Notes under the pieces: model-generated
Database searches by the model: none
What the model saw: the letters and a program-made list of their open reading frames with translations, nothing else
What the model was told of the DNA's origin: nothing
Made by a program: the position numbers and the translations under genes
Source of the DNA: a virus
Lineage: Duplodnaviria; Caudoviricetes
Strand: one strand, 5' to 3'
DNA: 64,000 bases
IMG/VR virus record: IMGVR_UViG_2862830631_000005
Span: 1-64,000 of that record
Shown: positions 1 to 8,392 of the stretch, in pieces
Numbering within the stretch: position 1 is the stretch's first letter
How the letters are laid out: every line of letters begins with the position of its first letter

Positions 1-66
1 ATGAGCGCGGGTGTCAGCCTGCGCTTTTGCGTGCCTACACGAGGCACGACAGGGAAGGGAACGACA

Positions 67-531
67 ATGCGCATTCACAGCAACGTCTTGACTGAGCAGC
101 ACTTTTACGAGGCGGCCATCGCTGCCGGTGTGACAGTCGTTGGCGTCCACCGACACGGGTCTAGGTCACGGGAACGTGCCTATGACTTCGGCATATCCGG
201 CAGTGGGCGCAGTGGCGGCCAGTGGGGGCATCGGGACTACAAGTCCGCAACGTGGGATGAGTGGGGCATCTTTCTCGCACATCTGTTCGAAGTGGACCAA
301 GATGCCCACACGGGCAAGCATGGCTATCTGTCGGCGGATCATTTCCACTGGGTGACAGGGGACCGATTCCGCTACCTCACGCCAGATGGGCAGCACAAGC
401 GTCACAACTGGCTCTCGGGAGACCATCGCGGCACGTCTGCGACCGGTTCCTACTGGGTCCAGTCGTGCGCCTGCGGTGCGATTCAACGATCGGTAAAGCA
501 CGGCCATAGCTGGGCTGAGATTGCAGCCTAA
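67..531 (+). CDS. hypothetical phage protein
   Basis: ORF; ATG at 67 follows GGGAAGGGA RBS. Confidence 0.7.
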   Translation: MRIHSNVLTEQHFYEAAIAAGVTVVGVHRHGSRSRERAYDFGISGSGRSGGQWGHRDYKSATWDEWGIFLAHLFEVDQDAHTGKHGYLSADHFHWVTGDRFRYLTPDGQHKRHNWLSGDHRGTSATGSYWVQSCACGAIQRSVKHGHSWAEIAA

Positions 532-614
532 CCGGGCAGGGTGAGCAGTAGTTAGCATTCCTAACTATTGCTCGCCTGGTGCGGTTAGACACCAACCATG
601 GGAAGGGGATAGCG

Positions 615-881
615 ATGCGTTACCTACTGACAACCAAGCTGTACGACGAAGACATCGTCACTAGCGAGTTCGACACGCGCGACGCGCTACTGGGTGAGCT
701 AATGCAACTCAGCCGGGAGTGCCGTTGGTACTTCGACACCGCCGACCTAGACCCGGTTACGGGGACGTTCTTCGGTGGCATCTACCAACCGCGCACCGGT
801 AAGGCCATTGGGATGTACAGCTACCGGGTGCACATGACGGAGTCCGACCGATTGCCGTCTGGTGCCGACATTCTGGGCTGA
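615..881 (+). CDS. hypothetical protein
   Basis: ORF with GGGAAGGGG RBS. Confidence 0.7.
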   Translation: MRYLLTTKLYDEDIVTSEFDTRDALLGELMQLSRECRWYFDTADLDPVTGTFFGGIYQPRTGKAIGMYSYRVHMTESDRLPSGADILG

Positions 882-1151
882 TCAGGCAGGGGAGGTTACA
901 GGGGTAACTCTGTAACCTCCCTGGTGTGATTAGACACACGAACCTCCCCGAGCTTTCGACTTGGGGAGGGGGAAGGAGACAAACCGATGATGACCCTAGA
1001 GGTAATCGGTTTGGTTCTCGCACTACCGCCGGCCATCTGGGCAACTTTCGAGCTGCTCAACCGTCGGAAGTAGTTGCGAGGCCCTGGTCACGGTTGTTAC
1101 CGCAGCCGTGGCCAGGCTCCGACCCTCAATATACACGGGAAGGGTAGAACA

Positions 1152-1424
1152 ATGGCAATCAACACTGAGGGCCCTTGGGTTGACGTTGTGTTCCTGCAGG
1201 GCGACGACTACGACGAAATTGCAGACATGGGCATCGATGAGATGGCCGCACACATGGCTCAATGGGATGACGGACAGGAAACCGATTACGCGCACACCCG
1301 CGAGGTTGCGTCGTGGGGATCTGATGACCGGCTTTACGAGGTCAACGTAGACGGCATCGATTACGTGATGTCCGCTAACTACGGTTTGGGCTACGCATCA
1401 CTGAATCGCCGCCCGCTGGGTTAA
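1152..1424 (+). CDS. hypothetical acidic protein
   Basis: ORF with GGGAAGGG RBS. Confidence 0.7.
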   Translation: MAINTEGPWVDVVFLQGDDYDEIADMGIDEMAAHMAQWDDGQETDYAHTREVASWGSDDRLYEVNVDGIDYVMSANYGLGYASLNRRPLG

Positions 1425-1502
1425 GTCAACGGTAGGCACACAAACATGGGTGTTGTGTGCCTATAGATGGACTTAAACCATCAACAGGGAAGGGATGAAA
1501 CA

Positions 1503-1838
1503 ATGGAGTACACAATCGGTGACGCGGCGGTGACTGTCGAACATGAAGGGTCGGACTTTGACCCTGATTTTCGCGCCTACCGTCAGCGATACACATACAC
1601 CATTACCACACCCGAATGGCAGTATGTCGACAACGATATTCGTTCGGGCTGCGATGCTGAGGTGGATGTGGCCGATGCATCACGCACACTATTCTCGTTT
1701 CTCAGTGCATGCGCTGAGTCTCGCAGCTACGGGGGCGGCGAGAACTATGACTTGTTCCCCGAACATGTTGGGGGATGGGCGGAAGAGAACAGCGACGAAC
1801 TGTCGATGCTGTCGATTGATCCGGCGGAACTCGATTAG
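1503..1838 (+). CDS. hypothetical acidic protein
   Basis: ORF with GGGAAGGGA RBS. Confidence 0.7.
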   Translation: MEYTIGDAAVTVEHEGSDFDPDFRAYRQRYTYTITTPEWQYVDNDIRSGCDAEVDVADASRTLFSFLSACAESRSYGGGENYDLFPEHVGGWAEENSDELSMLSIDPAELD

Positions 1839-1935
1839 ATAGGGAGGGGATTACTTAGTTTCTCGCAGATGTATAGCGAACCTAGGTAATCCCTGCTGTA
1901 CCTAATCAGGAAACATGGGAAGGGACTGGACAAAA

Positions 1936-2193
1936 ATGGATCCGAACGTAGCACTTGCTGAGGCATTAGCCGGAAACAGCCAAGCTGTCAAGGATTACAA
2001 CGCGTGGATTCAGCGCGGAGGGTTCGCGTCGCGCGTGTCAATTGACCCCGAAACTGATCTATTCATGCGCGGCGTTAAATACGCTGAGGTCCGATGGATC
2101 GGACGCAAGTATGTGACCTTGACCGAAGAAACGGTTCGCGGTCGCTACACTGGCAAGCTTTCCAGGGATCGGGTTACTCCAATTGGCAACTAG
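1936..2193 (+). CDS. hypothetical protein
   Basis: ORF with GGGAAGGGA RBS. Confidence 0.65.
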   Translation: MDPNVALAEALAGNSQAVKDYNAWIQRGGFASRVSIDPETDLFMRGVKYAEVRWIGRKYVTLTEETVRGRYTGKLSRDRVTPIGN

Positions 2194-2444
2194 ACAGGGA
2201 GGATGGCACGCGAGCATCGTTGTTCGCGTGCCGTCTGCTGTGTCTAGCAGCGCATACACGGGATCGGGTGGGTTACCGCTCGGGTCGTGAGATCAATGCA
2301 CTAGTGGACAGGCTGGCTATGTCTGGCCTGAGGTGGCGCAAGGTCTAAGCGCCGCGCACTACATGCGGAGTCTTGGGCCGGCGAGCGACACGTCGTCCCA
2401 GCTGCGGTAGTCGAACTCGATAAGTCTGGGAGGGTGTACGCCTA

Positions 2445-2567
2445 ATGGTGTGCGTGGAGTGTTACTCAGCCGAAGCTGCTCCCGGTGATGACTTGTGTGA
2501 CTTGTGTAAAGAGATCCGCGAGCGTGAGGCACGCGAAGATCTAGAGGAACTGAGACAACGAGTGTGA
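2445..2567 (+). CDS. 40-aa Cys-rich protein (CxxC..CxxC)
   Basis: MVCVECYS...LCDLCKE; GGGAGGG RBS; below the ORF-track size cut-off. Confidence 0.5.
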   Translation: MVCVECYSAEAAPGDDLCDLCKEIREREAREDLEELRQRV

Positions 2568-2646
2568 GTAGGGAGGGTGAGTCACAGACTTGTGCTGTGA
2601 CTTGCCTGCTGTACTCACAGCAACACACACGGGAAGGGAAGTCACC

Positions 2647-2844
2647 ATGATTGTTTGGCTAGTGGCTATCAATCATCACGCAAGCGGGTTGAACGCTACA
2701 GCGCACAGGACTCAGGTCGACGCGTTCGCGTATCTTCGCCAGCTCTATGCGGTGCCTGATTATCTGGCATTGCAGGATGTATTGGGCTGGATCGGCGCGA
2801 ATAGCGACGATGATGTCCTGGTCGACTATGACGAGATCACCTGA
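2647..2844 (+). CDS. hypothetical protein
   Basis: ORF with GGGAAGGGA RBS. Confidence 0.6.
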   Translation: MIVWLVAINHHASGLNATAHRTQVDAFAYLRQLYAVPDYLALQDVLGWIGANSDDDVLVDYDEIT

Positions 2845-3061
2845 GCATGGAGGGGGTTGCACGGCTGTGGGTATGACCTGCATCCGCGCATCCCCTGCTG
2901 TCAGCTCAGGCAGCACACACGCGGGAAGGGACGAACATGAACGTAGACATTCGGGAACCGAAGTCCACCACAGCACCTACACACGGAGAAGAGCCCATCG
3001 GCCTGCATGGTCGGTGAGCTCTTTGCTGTCGGTAGGCAGCGCACACGGGAAGGGGTTAACC

Positions 3062-3184
3062 ATGGAACATGACGAGGATCCGGAAACTTACGAAGTTACT
3101 CCGGAGATCATGGCAGCCATAGACGTTCTGGCGAACACTCAGAGGTGGTCCGTCAAGGATAACGTGACGGGCGATTGGTACTGA
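3062..3184 (+). CDS. small hypothetical protein
   Basis: ATG after GGGAAGGGG RBS. Confidence 0.5.
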   Translation: MEHDEDPETYEVTPEIMAAIDVLANTQRWSVKDNVTGDWY

Positions 3185-3242
3185 TCAGATCGGTGCCATG
3201 CAACCGACGAAAAAGGTCAAACACACTGGAAGGGAACGGCAA

Positions 3243-3416
3243 ATGGACATTCCTCATGACATACCACAACAAATCGAGATAGTGAAGCTGGCCAAAGCTG
3301 GCGACGACGCGGCGATCGAAGCGATCAACGCACTCCCCGATGGGTCTTGGATGCGTAACGCGCTCGCTGACCCGGGATGGCCAGAGTCACCACGCAGGTA
3401 CCCAACCTACGCGTGA
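3243..3416 (+). CDS. small hypothetical protein
   Basis: ATG after GGAAGGGA RBS. Confidence 0.55.
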   Translation: MDIPHDIPQQIEIVKLAKAGDDAAIEAINALPDGSWMRNALADPGWPESPRRYPTYA

Positions 3417-3639
3417 TGACGAAATGCACTGGTGAGTAGGCAGGGGACACAGCGGGGGTAACTCGTTGTGTGCCTGGTGTGCTCACACCTAGGGTGAGAG
3501 TCGACTTATGGGCGCCAAGTGGCTTGCAGTGACTCACTGTGCGCGGCAACCCCTTCCCCCGCTTGCGGCGGTGGGTTATTCGCCACCTGGCACCTTTATG
3601 TCGACTCTGACTCTGTTAATAGTGGGAAGGGGTCAGGGA

Positions 3640-3921
3640 ATGTTTATCAGGAATTTCGCACGTCACGGCGGCCACGAGTTTGTCCGCTCGGGTAAACGGT
3701 GGCCGTACGCCATAATCATGACCATAAAAGACTCGAGTACGGGCGAGCTGGGCGCAACAGTGCAGTGGGCTAGCACACTCGAACGTGCAGAGAGGCAGTA
3801 CAACGCCGACATGTCACGATGGACCCGGGTTCGCAACGGTGAGTCATTGCGCGGCTTGTACTCGACGGCCTTCTATCAGAGCGTGACCGACATTGTGATT
3901 GTCGGAACAACTACTGAGTAG
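3640..3921 (+). CDS. hypothetical protein
   Basis: ATG after GGGAAGGGG RBS. Confidence 0.55.
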   Translation: MFIRNFARHGGHEFVRSGKRWPYAIIMTIKDSSTGELGATVQWASTLERAERQYNADMSRWTRVRNGESLRGLYSTAFYQSVTDIVIVGTTTE

Positions 3922-3999
3922 GCAGGGTGCACAGCAGTTCTTCGGACCTGTTGTGCGCCTGGTGGATTCACGACCATCAACACTAGGAAAGGGAGAACA

Positions 4000-4683
4000 T
4001 TGGACAAGAAACAGAAGGTGACCGACAAGGTTGCCAAACTGCTACGCCAAGCCGAGGACGTGGCCGGGACACCCGAAGAGTCGGTGTTCCAAGCCAAAGC
4101 GTTCGAACTGCTGGCGAAGTACGGGTTGGACATGGCGCAGGTGGACGCCAAGCGCGCGAACCTAGACATCTCCGATATGCCTGACGCGATCCAGTGGGCC
4201 GCAAACCTCACCGGCACATACCAGTCCGCGCAACTGCTGCTGCTGAACGGAATCGCAAGAGCTCTGCACTGCCGGTGCGTCTGCACCCGCACTAACAGTT
4301 CGTACGTGGTGAACGTCTTCGGGATGGAACGGCACATCGAGCGTGTGAAGTTCCTGTGGGGCATCCTGCAGCCGCAGATGATGCGACAGGTCAAGTTGGC
4401 ACACCCCGGATACTACGGTGGCGGTGTCAAGTCCTATCGGCGGGCATGGATTGCCGGGTTCGCCAACACGATCGGTCAACGCGTGCGGGAACAGGAAGAC
4501 AAGGCTGTGACCGCGGCCGGTGCCCTCGTGCTCTACAAGGGGGACTCGCAGCGCGCCGAGGCTGCACTTCAGAAGGCATTCCCTGAGGCTCGCGACAAGC
4601 GGCAGTCGAACTACAACCGCAGTGGTTGGGAGGCCGGCGCCGCCGCTGGACGGAGCGCGCAATTCAATCGGGCTATCGCTTAA
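4000..4683 (+). CDS. DUF2786-domain protein
   Basis: N-terminal KVAKLLRQAE...PEE...AKAFELLAKYG helical motif typical of DUF2786. Confidence 0.75.
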   Translation: MDKKQKVTDKVAKLLRQAEDVAGTPEESVFQAKAFELLAKYGLDMAQVDAKRANLDISDMPDAIQWAANLTGTYQSAQLLLLNGIARALHCRCVCTRTNSSYVVNVFGMERHIERVKFLWGILQPQMMRQVKLAHPGYYGGGVKSYRRAWIAGFANTIGQRVREQEDKAVTAAGALVLYKGDSQRAEAALQKAFPEARDKRQSNYNRSGWEAGAAAGRSAQFNRAIA

Positions 4684-4843
4684 AGGGGGTGTGTTCCATG
4701 TGGTTCTGGATTCTGTTGGGGATCGTGTTCGCCTGCTGGCAGGTGCTCGGTCCCAAGCTCTAGACCCCGCGAGGTAGGAGAGCCCGTCAGTCGAGTACTG
4801 GCGGGCTTTCTGGTCTCTCGGGACCGTTTCACCAGGTCACGGG

Positions 4844-4867
4844 GTGAAACAGGTACGGACATAGATT
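4844..4867 (+). promoter_or_regulatory. GTGAAACAGGT site + N7 + -10 (TAGATT); candidate promoter of the operon leading to the guide arrays
   Basis: Genome-repeated 11-mer 7 nt upstream of a TANNNT hexamer. Confidence 0.55.
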
Positions 4868-4887
4868 CACAAAGCGAAGGGAGAACG

Positions 4888-5103
4888 ATGTCACTACATG
4901 TAGACGGGCCGAGCTGGGCGCACTGCGACCGATGCGGCTACTACCACAACGAGTCCATCGACTGCACGTATGACCCGTTCGATGACATGTGGGAGTGCGT
5001 CGGGTGTGAGGCCCTGATCTCTCGGGGCGATTGGTGCGAGGACTGCGCTGGCATGGAGTCATTCGCTCACTACCTACAGGAGACAGGGAGGGCATACCAG
5101 TGA
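4888..5103 (+). CDS. Cys-rich (zinc-binding) hypothetical protein
   Basis: Three CxxC motifs; GAAGGGAG RBS. Confidence 0.6.
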   Translation: MSLHVDGPSWAHCDRCGYYHNESIDCTYDPFDDMWECVGCEALISRGDWCEDCAGMESFAHYLQETGRAYQ

Positions 5104-5255
5104 AGGTTGAGTTGACCGCCGAGGAAGCTGGCGTGGTGCAGTATGCGCTCGAAACGCAGGCCGTCCGGTACAGCTATGACCCGTACTACAAGGCGCAGCG
5201 GTCACTTGGGCGTATCTGCGAGACGGTGGCTGCCCGGATAGCTGAGGCGTCATGA
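5100..5255 (+). CDS. small hypothetical protein
   Basis: GTGA overlap with upstream stop; GGGAGGG RBS. Confidence 0.5.
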   Translation: MKVELTAEEAGVVQYALETQAVRYSYDPYYKAQRSLGRICETVAARIAEAS

Positions 5256-5322
5256 GGTACGCGTGGGCGTTGTATGCGTCACTGCCGGCATGGATTGCGG
5301 TCCTCACGTATCTGGTGGCTTC

Positions 5323-5559
5323 ATGAGTAGTGGCGATCTGGAGGTGTGCGAATCAAACCGCCTCCTCTGGCAGATCAAGGCTATCGGGGCCAGGGCGCGC
5401 GGCGACTTCGAGGAGGAGTCCGCGGCGCTGCAGGCACTTCGCATTCTCGACACCACCTGTCCTCGCTGTACTGAGAGGCCGTCACTGGTCTACGACGGCG
5501 AGACTGGCCAAAGGCTGCCAGTTTGCAATGGGCCCAACGGTTGTGGGTACGGGACATGA
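5323..5559 (+). CDS. hypothetical zinc-ribbon protein
   Basis: CPRC...CNGPNGC; ATGA-coupled to next gene. Confidence 0.5.
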   Translation: MSSGDLEVCESNRLLWQIKAIGARARGDFEEESAALQALRILDTTCPRCTERPSLVYDGETGQRLPVCNGPNGCGYGT

Positions 5560-5852
5560 ACACGAAGCGCAGGTGTAAGCCGGAGACCGATGACCGCATA
5601 TACGAGTTCCACATTCCTGGGCGTACGACCCTTATCCCAGGGACCGAGGTATCCATTCAGGGCAAGCGTGGTCGGTACCGATTCCGCTACGCACGCAAGA
5701 CATCCCAGGGCAAGGATGAACTCACCTTCGTTGGCGGGCGGCTCGACGGCCAGGGGGAGAAGTTTGTGTCCGTCTACCCCGAGCGGGTGGCGCGGGTGCA
5801 CCGAACCGGCAAGACGTTAGTGAGCATCACGAAAGAGAAGTCCGGCAAATGA
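5556..5852 (+). CDS. hypothetical basic protein
   Basis: ATGA overlap with upstream stop. Confidence 0.6.
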   Translation: MNTKRRCKPETDDRIYEFHIPGRTTLIPGTEVSIQGKRGRYRFRYARKTSQGKDELTFVGGRLDGQGEKFVSVYPERVARVHRTGKTLVSITKEKSGK

Positions 5853-5853
5853 G

Positions 5854-6000
5854 ACTTGCCAGGGGAGGACAATGAACGGACCCCGCAACCCGCGGTCAAA
5901 CGAGAACCACCTCCCCGGCACCAAACTTCCGATAGGCGGGACAGACCATGCCCCCCGCACACTTCGCGGTCGACACTACCGCCCTCGCCTACCGGAACAA
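5854..6000 (+). ncRNA. stem-loop dual-spacer guide array 1 (2 units), TIGR-like
   Basis: Units 5854-5924 and 5925-6000: ACTT, outer stem, ACA-N9-CC, inner hairpin, TC(A/G)-N9-C(A/C), outer stem, A(C/A)CAA. Confidence 0.8.
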
Positions 6001-6026
6001 CCACGAAAACAGAAGGGATCAAACAA

Positions 6027-6491
6027 ATGTCACTGTCCACACTGATCAATCAGGTAATCGAAGAGCACCCCCTGTCGAACCCGTGGGATGTGGCCGAGAT
6101 GGTCGCGAAGCTCACCCCCGACGATGACGCCCGCGCGTTCTACGTCGAAGCACTGGTGCCCAGTGTGCGAATCGCGCTGGCCAACAAGCGAAACGCGGCG
6201 ATCAGTGCGACGCGGCGAACACAGTCCGGATCGCGGCGTCCACAGTCGAGCAAGGTCGACCGGGTGCGTGACGCATGGCAGGCGGCACTTAACGCCCTGG
6301 TGGCTGTCGGTAGCAATGAGTGGAAGCCGCTACGGGAGTGCACCGCCGAAGATCTGCGGGTTGTTATCGATGGGCGGATGCGCCATATCGAGTCGGTGCG
6401 CAGTCAGGTGTCGTATTACGAACGCTTGGTTGATGCGCTGATGGATCAGGATGTGTCGACGGTGGGTGAGCTGTCGGGCCCGGTTTCATGA
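6027..6491 (+). CDS. hypothetical helical protein between the two guide arrays (candidate partner)
   Basis: ATG 6027 after AGAAGGG RBS; its stop overlaps the start of array 2. Confidence 0.7.
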   Translation: MSLSTLINQVIEEHPLSNPWDVAEMVAKLTPDDDARAFYVEALVPSVRIALANKRNAAISATRRTQSGSRRPQSSKVDRVRDAWQAALNALVAVGSNEWKPLRECTAEDLRVVIDGRMRHIESVRSQVSYYERLVDALMDQDVSTVGELSGPVS

Positions 6492-6492
6492 G

Positions 6493-6722
6493 ACTTGCCG
6501 AGCTGGGACAATCACCAACCACCGCAGTTTGCAGCTGCGGCCATGTGGCGCGCACCCGGCTCGGCACCAAACTTGCACACAGCGGGCCAGCACCACAGCC
6601 TCGCCATTGCGCGAACAATGTGACGGCACCCGCTGTGTGCACCAACTTGCCAAGAGTGATGACAGAAGACCTCCACCGCAATTATGCGGTCAACTGGGCT
6701 TGCCCATCACTCTTGGCGTCAA
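6493..6722 (+). ncRNA. stem-loop dual-spacer guide array 2 (3 units), TIGR-like
   Basis: Units 6493-6570, 6571-6644, 6645-6722 with the same architecture; stems differ in sequence but all pair. Confidence 0.8.
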
Positions 6723-6748
6723 CTCACGAAACTGGAAGGGAACCAACA

Positions 6749-7471
6749 ATGTCCGCACTACTCGCAGACCCGACACTCGCCCTCGCCGCAGAAGTGGTGG
6801 ACGACCTCGAACGGGTACGCATCGCCAACGAGAACCGACTCCGCTCACTCACCGACCCTGAAATCTACGGGCTCACCATCCAACACCCAGACGTGCTCGC
6901 ACTCACCGGACTGGTGGAACAACTCAAGGATTCCGAGAAACAAGCCACCAAACACCTAGAGAAGGTGATGGCCCGACACCCACTCGGCACATGGGTGAAA
7001 GGTGCTACGGGAGTGGGTTATAAGCAGGCTGCCAGACTCCTCGCGGCACTGGGCGACCCATACTGGAATGACCTGTATGACAGGCCGCGAACATTCGATG
7101 AACTGTGCGCATTCAGCGGGCTTTCCATCAAGTCCGGCAAAGCGGTGCACAGATCTCGTGGGGTGCAGAGTAATTGGAACCCAGACGCCAGGATGCGGTT
7201 GTGGCTGGTCGCGCAGTCGTGCATCAAAACCAAGGGCGAGTATCGACAGGTGTACGACGCGGGCCGGGAGCGATACGCGGACGCTGTCCACGTTGTGGAA
7301 TGCCAACGGTGTGGTCCGAAAGGTAAACCTGCGCAGCCCGGTTCGCCGCTGTCGGCGGGGCATCAGCACGCCCGTGCGACGCGTCTGATCGTCAAAGCGG
7401 TGCTGAAAGATCTTTGGCAGGCAAGCCGTGCATGCCATGCAACCGCACAACCACAAAAGGAAGGTAAGTAG
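6749..7471 (+). CDS. IS110 Tnp/Nop-fold RNA-binding protein lacking RuvC (TasA-like)
   Basis: Coiled coil followed by GVGYKQAARLLAALGD..FDELCAFSGL..NWNPDARMRLWLVAQS, resembling the IS110 Transposase_20 domain; no N-terminal DEDD domain; GGAAGGG RBS. Confidence 0.75.
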   Translation: MSALLADPTLALAAEVVDDLERVRIANENRLRSLTDPEIYGLTIQHPDVLALTGLVEQLKDSEKQATKHLEKVMARHPLGTWVKGATGVGYKQAARLLAALGDPYWNDLYDRPRTFDELCAFSGLSIKSGKAVHRSRGVQSNWNPDARMRLWLVAQSCIKTKGEYRQVYDAGRERYADAVHVVECQRCGPKGKPAQPGSPLSAGHQHARATRLIVKAVLKDLWQASRACHATAQPQKEGK

Positions 7472-7474
7472 CTC

Positions 7475-7795
7475 GTGGCTCAGTCCCTCATCACCCACAC
7501 CGGGGTCAGCGTGTCCATGCTCAAGGAACGCATCGCCGACCTCACGCACGAACTCGAGGTCGCGCAGGAGGAATACGAGAACGCGCAACCAGTCGAGCCG
7601 CAGTCCATCGGGAGCGTCATCCGGTTCACCAACTGGAACGGCTACCTGTACGCCGCGATCAAGCTCGACAAGGGCTGGTACGTCACACAGGACGGCTCGC
7701 GTTCCGCGCGACAGGGCATCAAGCCGATGACGTGGGAGAAGCTGCTGGAGTGGGTCGGTGTCCGCAACTGGGAAGACATGGAGGTTCTGTCGTGA
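7475..7795 (+). CDS. hypothetical protein
   Basis: ORF with AAGGAAGG RBS. Confidence 0.7.
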   Translation: MAQSLITHTGVSVSMLKERIADLTHELEVAQEEYENAQPVEPQSIGSVIRFTNWNGYLYAAIKLDKGWYVTQDGSRSARQGIKPMTWEKLLEWVGVRNWEDMEVLS

Positions 7796-8055
7796 ACCTT
7801 CACGACCTCGCGAAGCCGGTGACTCCACCCAAGGTGATCAACCCGTTCGCCGGCAGGTGGACACCGGCCCCCAAGGGTGTCACTCCGGGCGCTGTGCGGC
7901 TTTCTGAGGAAGCTGCAGCCGAGTACCTTGGCCTCACCCGCATCGCACTCTCGACGCGGCGCAGGAGGGGAACTGGGCCCACCTACTACATGCACATGGG
8001 CCGCATAGCCTACGACATCGCCGTCCTCGACGCATACAAGGGGATGGGACAGTGA
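7792..8055 (+). CDS. excisionase/MerR-like HTH DNA-binding protein
   Basis: LSEEAAAEYLGLTRIALSTRRRRGTGPTY...IAY winged-HTH pattern. Confidence 0.7.
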   Translation: MNLHDLAKPVTPPKVINPFAGRWTPAPKGVTPGAVRLSEEAAAEYLGLTRIALSTRRRRGTGPTYYMHMGRIAYDIAVLDAYKGMGQ

Positions 8056-8237
8056 CGGCCTGCCCGACACCAAATAAAGTGCGGTACGCACACAAGGGGG
8101 AGGCGTTGCGGGAGATGCGGAGGATTCGCAGCCGAATCAAGCGCACAAAGAAGGCCCGCTACACCCCACTGGTCCCCTACAAGTGTGCGTGCGGCTCCGT
8201 CCACCTCACCTCGAACGTGGTCAGCTGCGATGGTTGA
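8052..8237 (+). CDS. small basic zinc-binding protein
   Basis: CPTPNK..YKCACGSVHLT. Confidence 0.6.
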   Translation: MTACPTPNKVRYAHKGEALREMRRIRSRIKRTKKARYTPLVPYKCACGSVHLTSNVVSCDG

Positions 8238-8269
8238 CGCGTGGACACATCTGGTGGATAGGGACTGAC

Positions 8270-8309
8270 GAAAACCCCGGCAACCTGATAATTAGGGGCC
8301 GGGGTTTTC
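8270..8309 (+). terminator. intrinsic terminator-like hairpin upstream of the integrase
   Basis: GAAAACCCCGG...CCGGGGTTTTC inverted repeat. Confidence 0.6.
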
Positions 8310-8392
8310 CTCTGTCTCCAGAATATTAGATAGGCTAGCAATCCATTAGGAGTGTGAACACGTCAACATTGCCTGGTGTACGATCGGACACC

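Larger units (their letters stand above)
528..3970 (+). repeat. dispersed intergenic stem/internal-loop/hairpin RNA motif (9 copies plus 1 variant)
   Basis: Copies at 528-588, 878-933, 1833-1907, 2190-2247, 2563-2619, 2840-2910, 2976-3036, 3432-3486, 3915-3970 (variant 1420-1476). Each is basal stem, (G)G[C/G]AG, variable hairpin, TG[G/C]TG, basal stem. Confidence 0.8.

Noticed and set aside
528-3970. Intergenic hairpins as rho-independent terminators
   Set aside because: No U-tracts, and the conserved covarying internal element argues for a different role.
5872-6702. Self-targets of the spacers within this window
   Set aside because: Only an isolated 9-mer match was noticed (CCGTCACAT near 31468), which is expected by chance; no bipartite match was seen by eye. 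The search was not exhaustive.
5854-6722. CRISPR array
   Set aside because: No identical direct repeats, spacers only ~9 nt, no cas genes; the exonuclease at 36786 sits in an ERF recombination module.
6488-6748. 87-aa N-terminal extension of ORF 6488..7471 (and likewise 5856..6026 of ORF 5856..6491)
   Set aside because: These extensions run through the stem-loop arrays; strong RBSs precede ATG 6749 and ATG 6027.
6749-7471. Intact IS110 insertion sequence
   Set aside because: No DEDD RuvC domain and no element ends; multiple tandem guide units instead of a single bridge RNA.
8238-8392. attP site
   Set aside because: Plausible location upstream of the integrase, but no core or inverted arms could be defined without attB.
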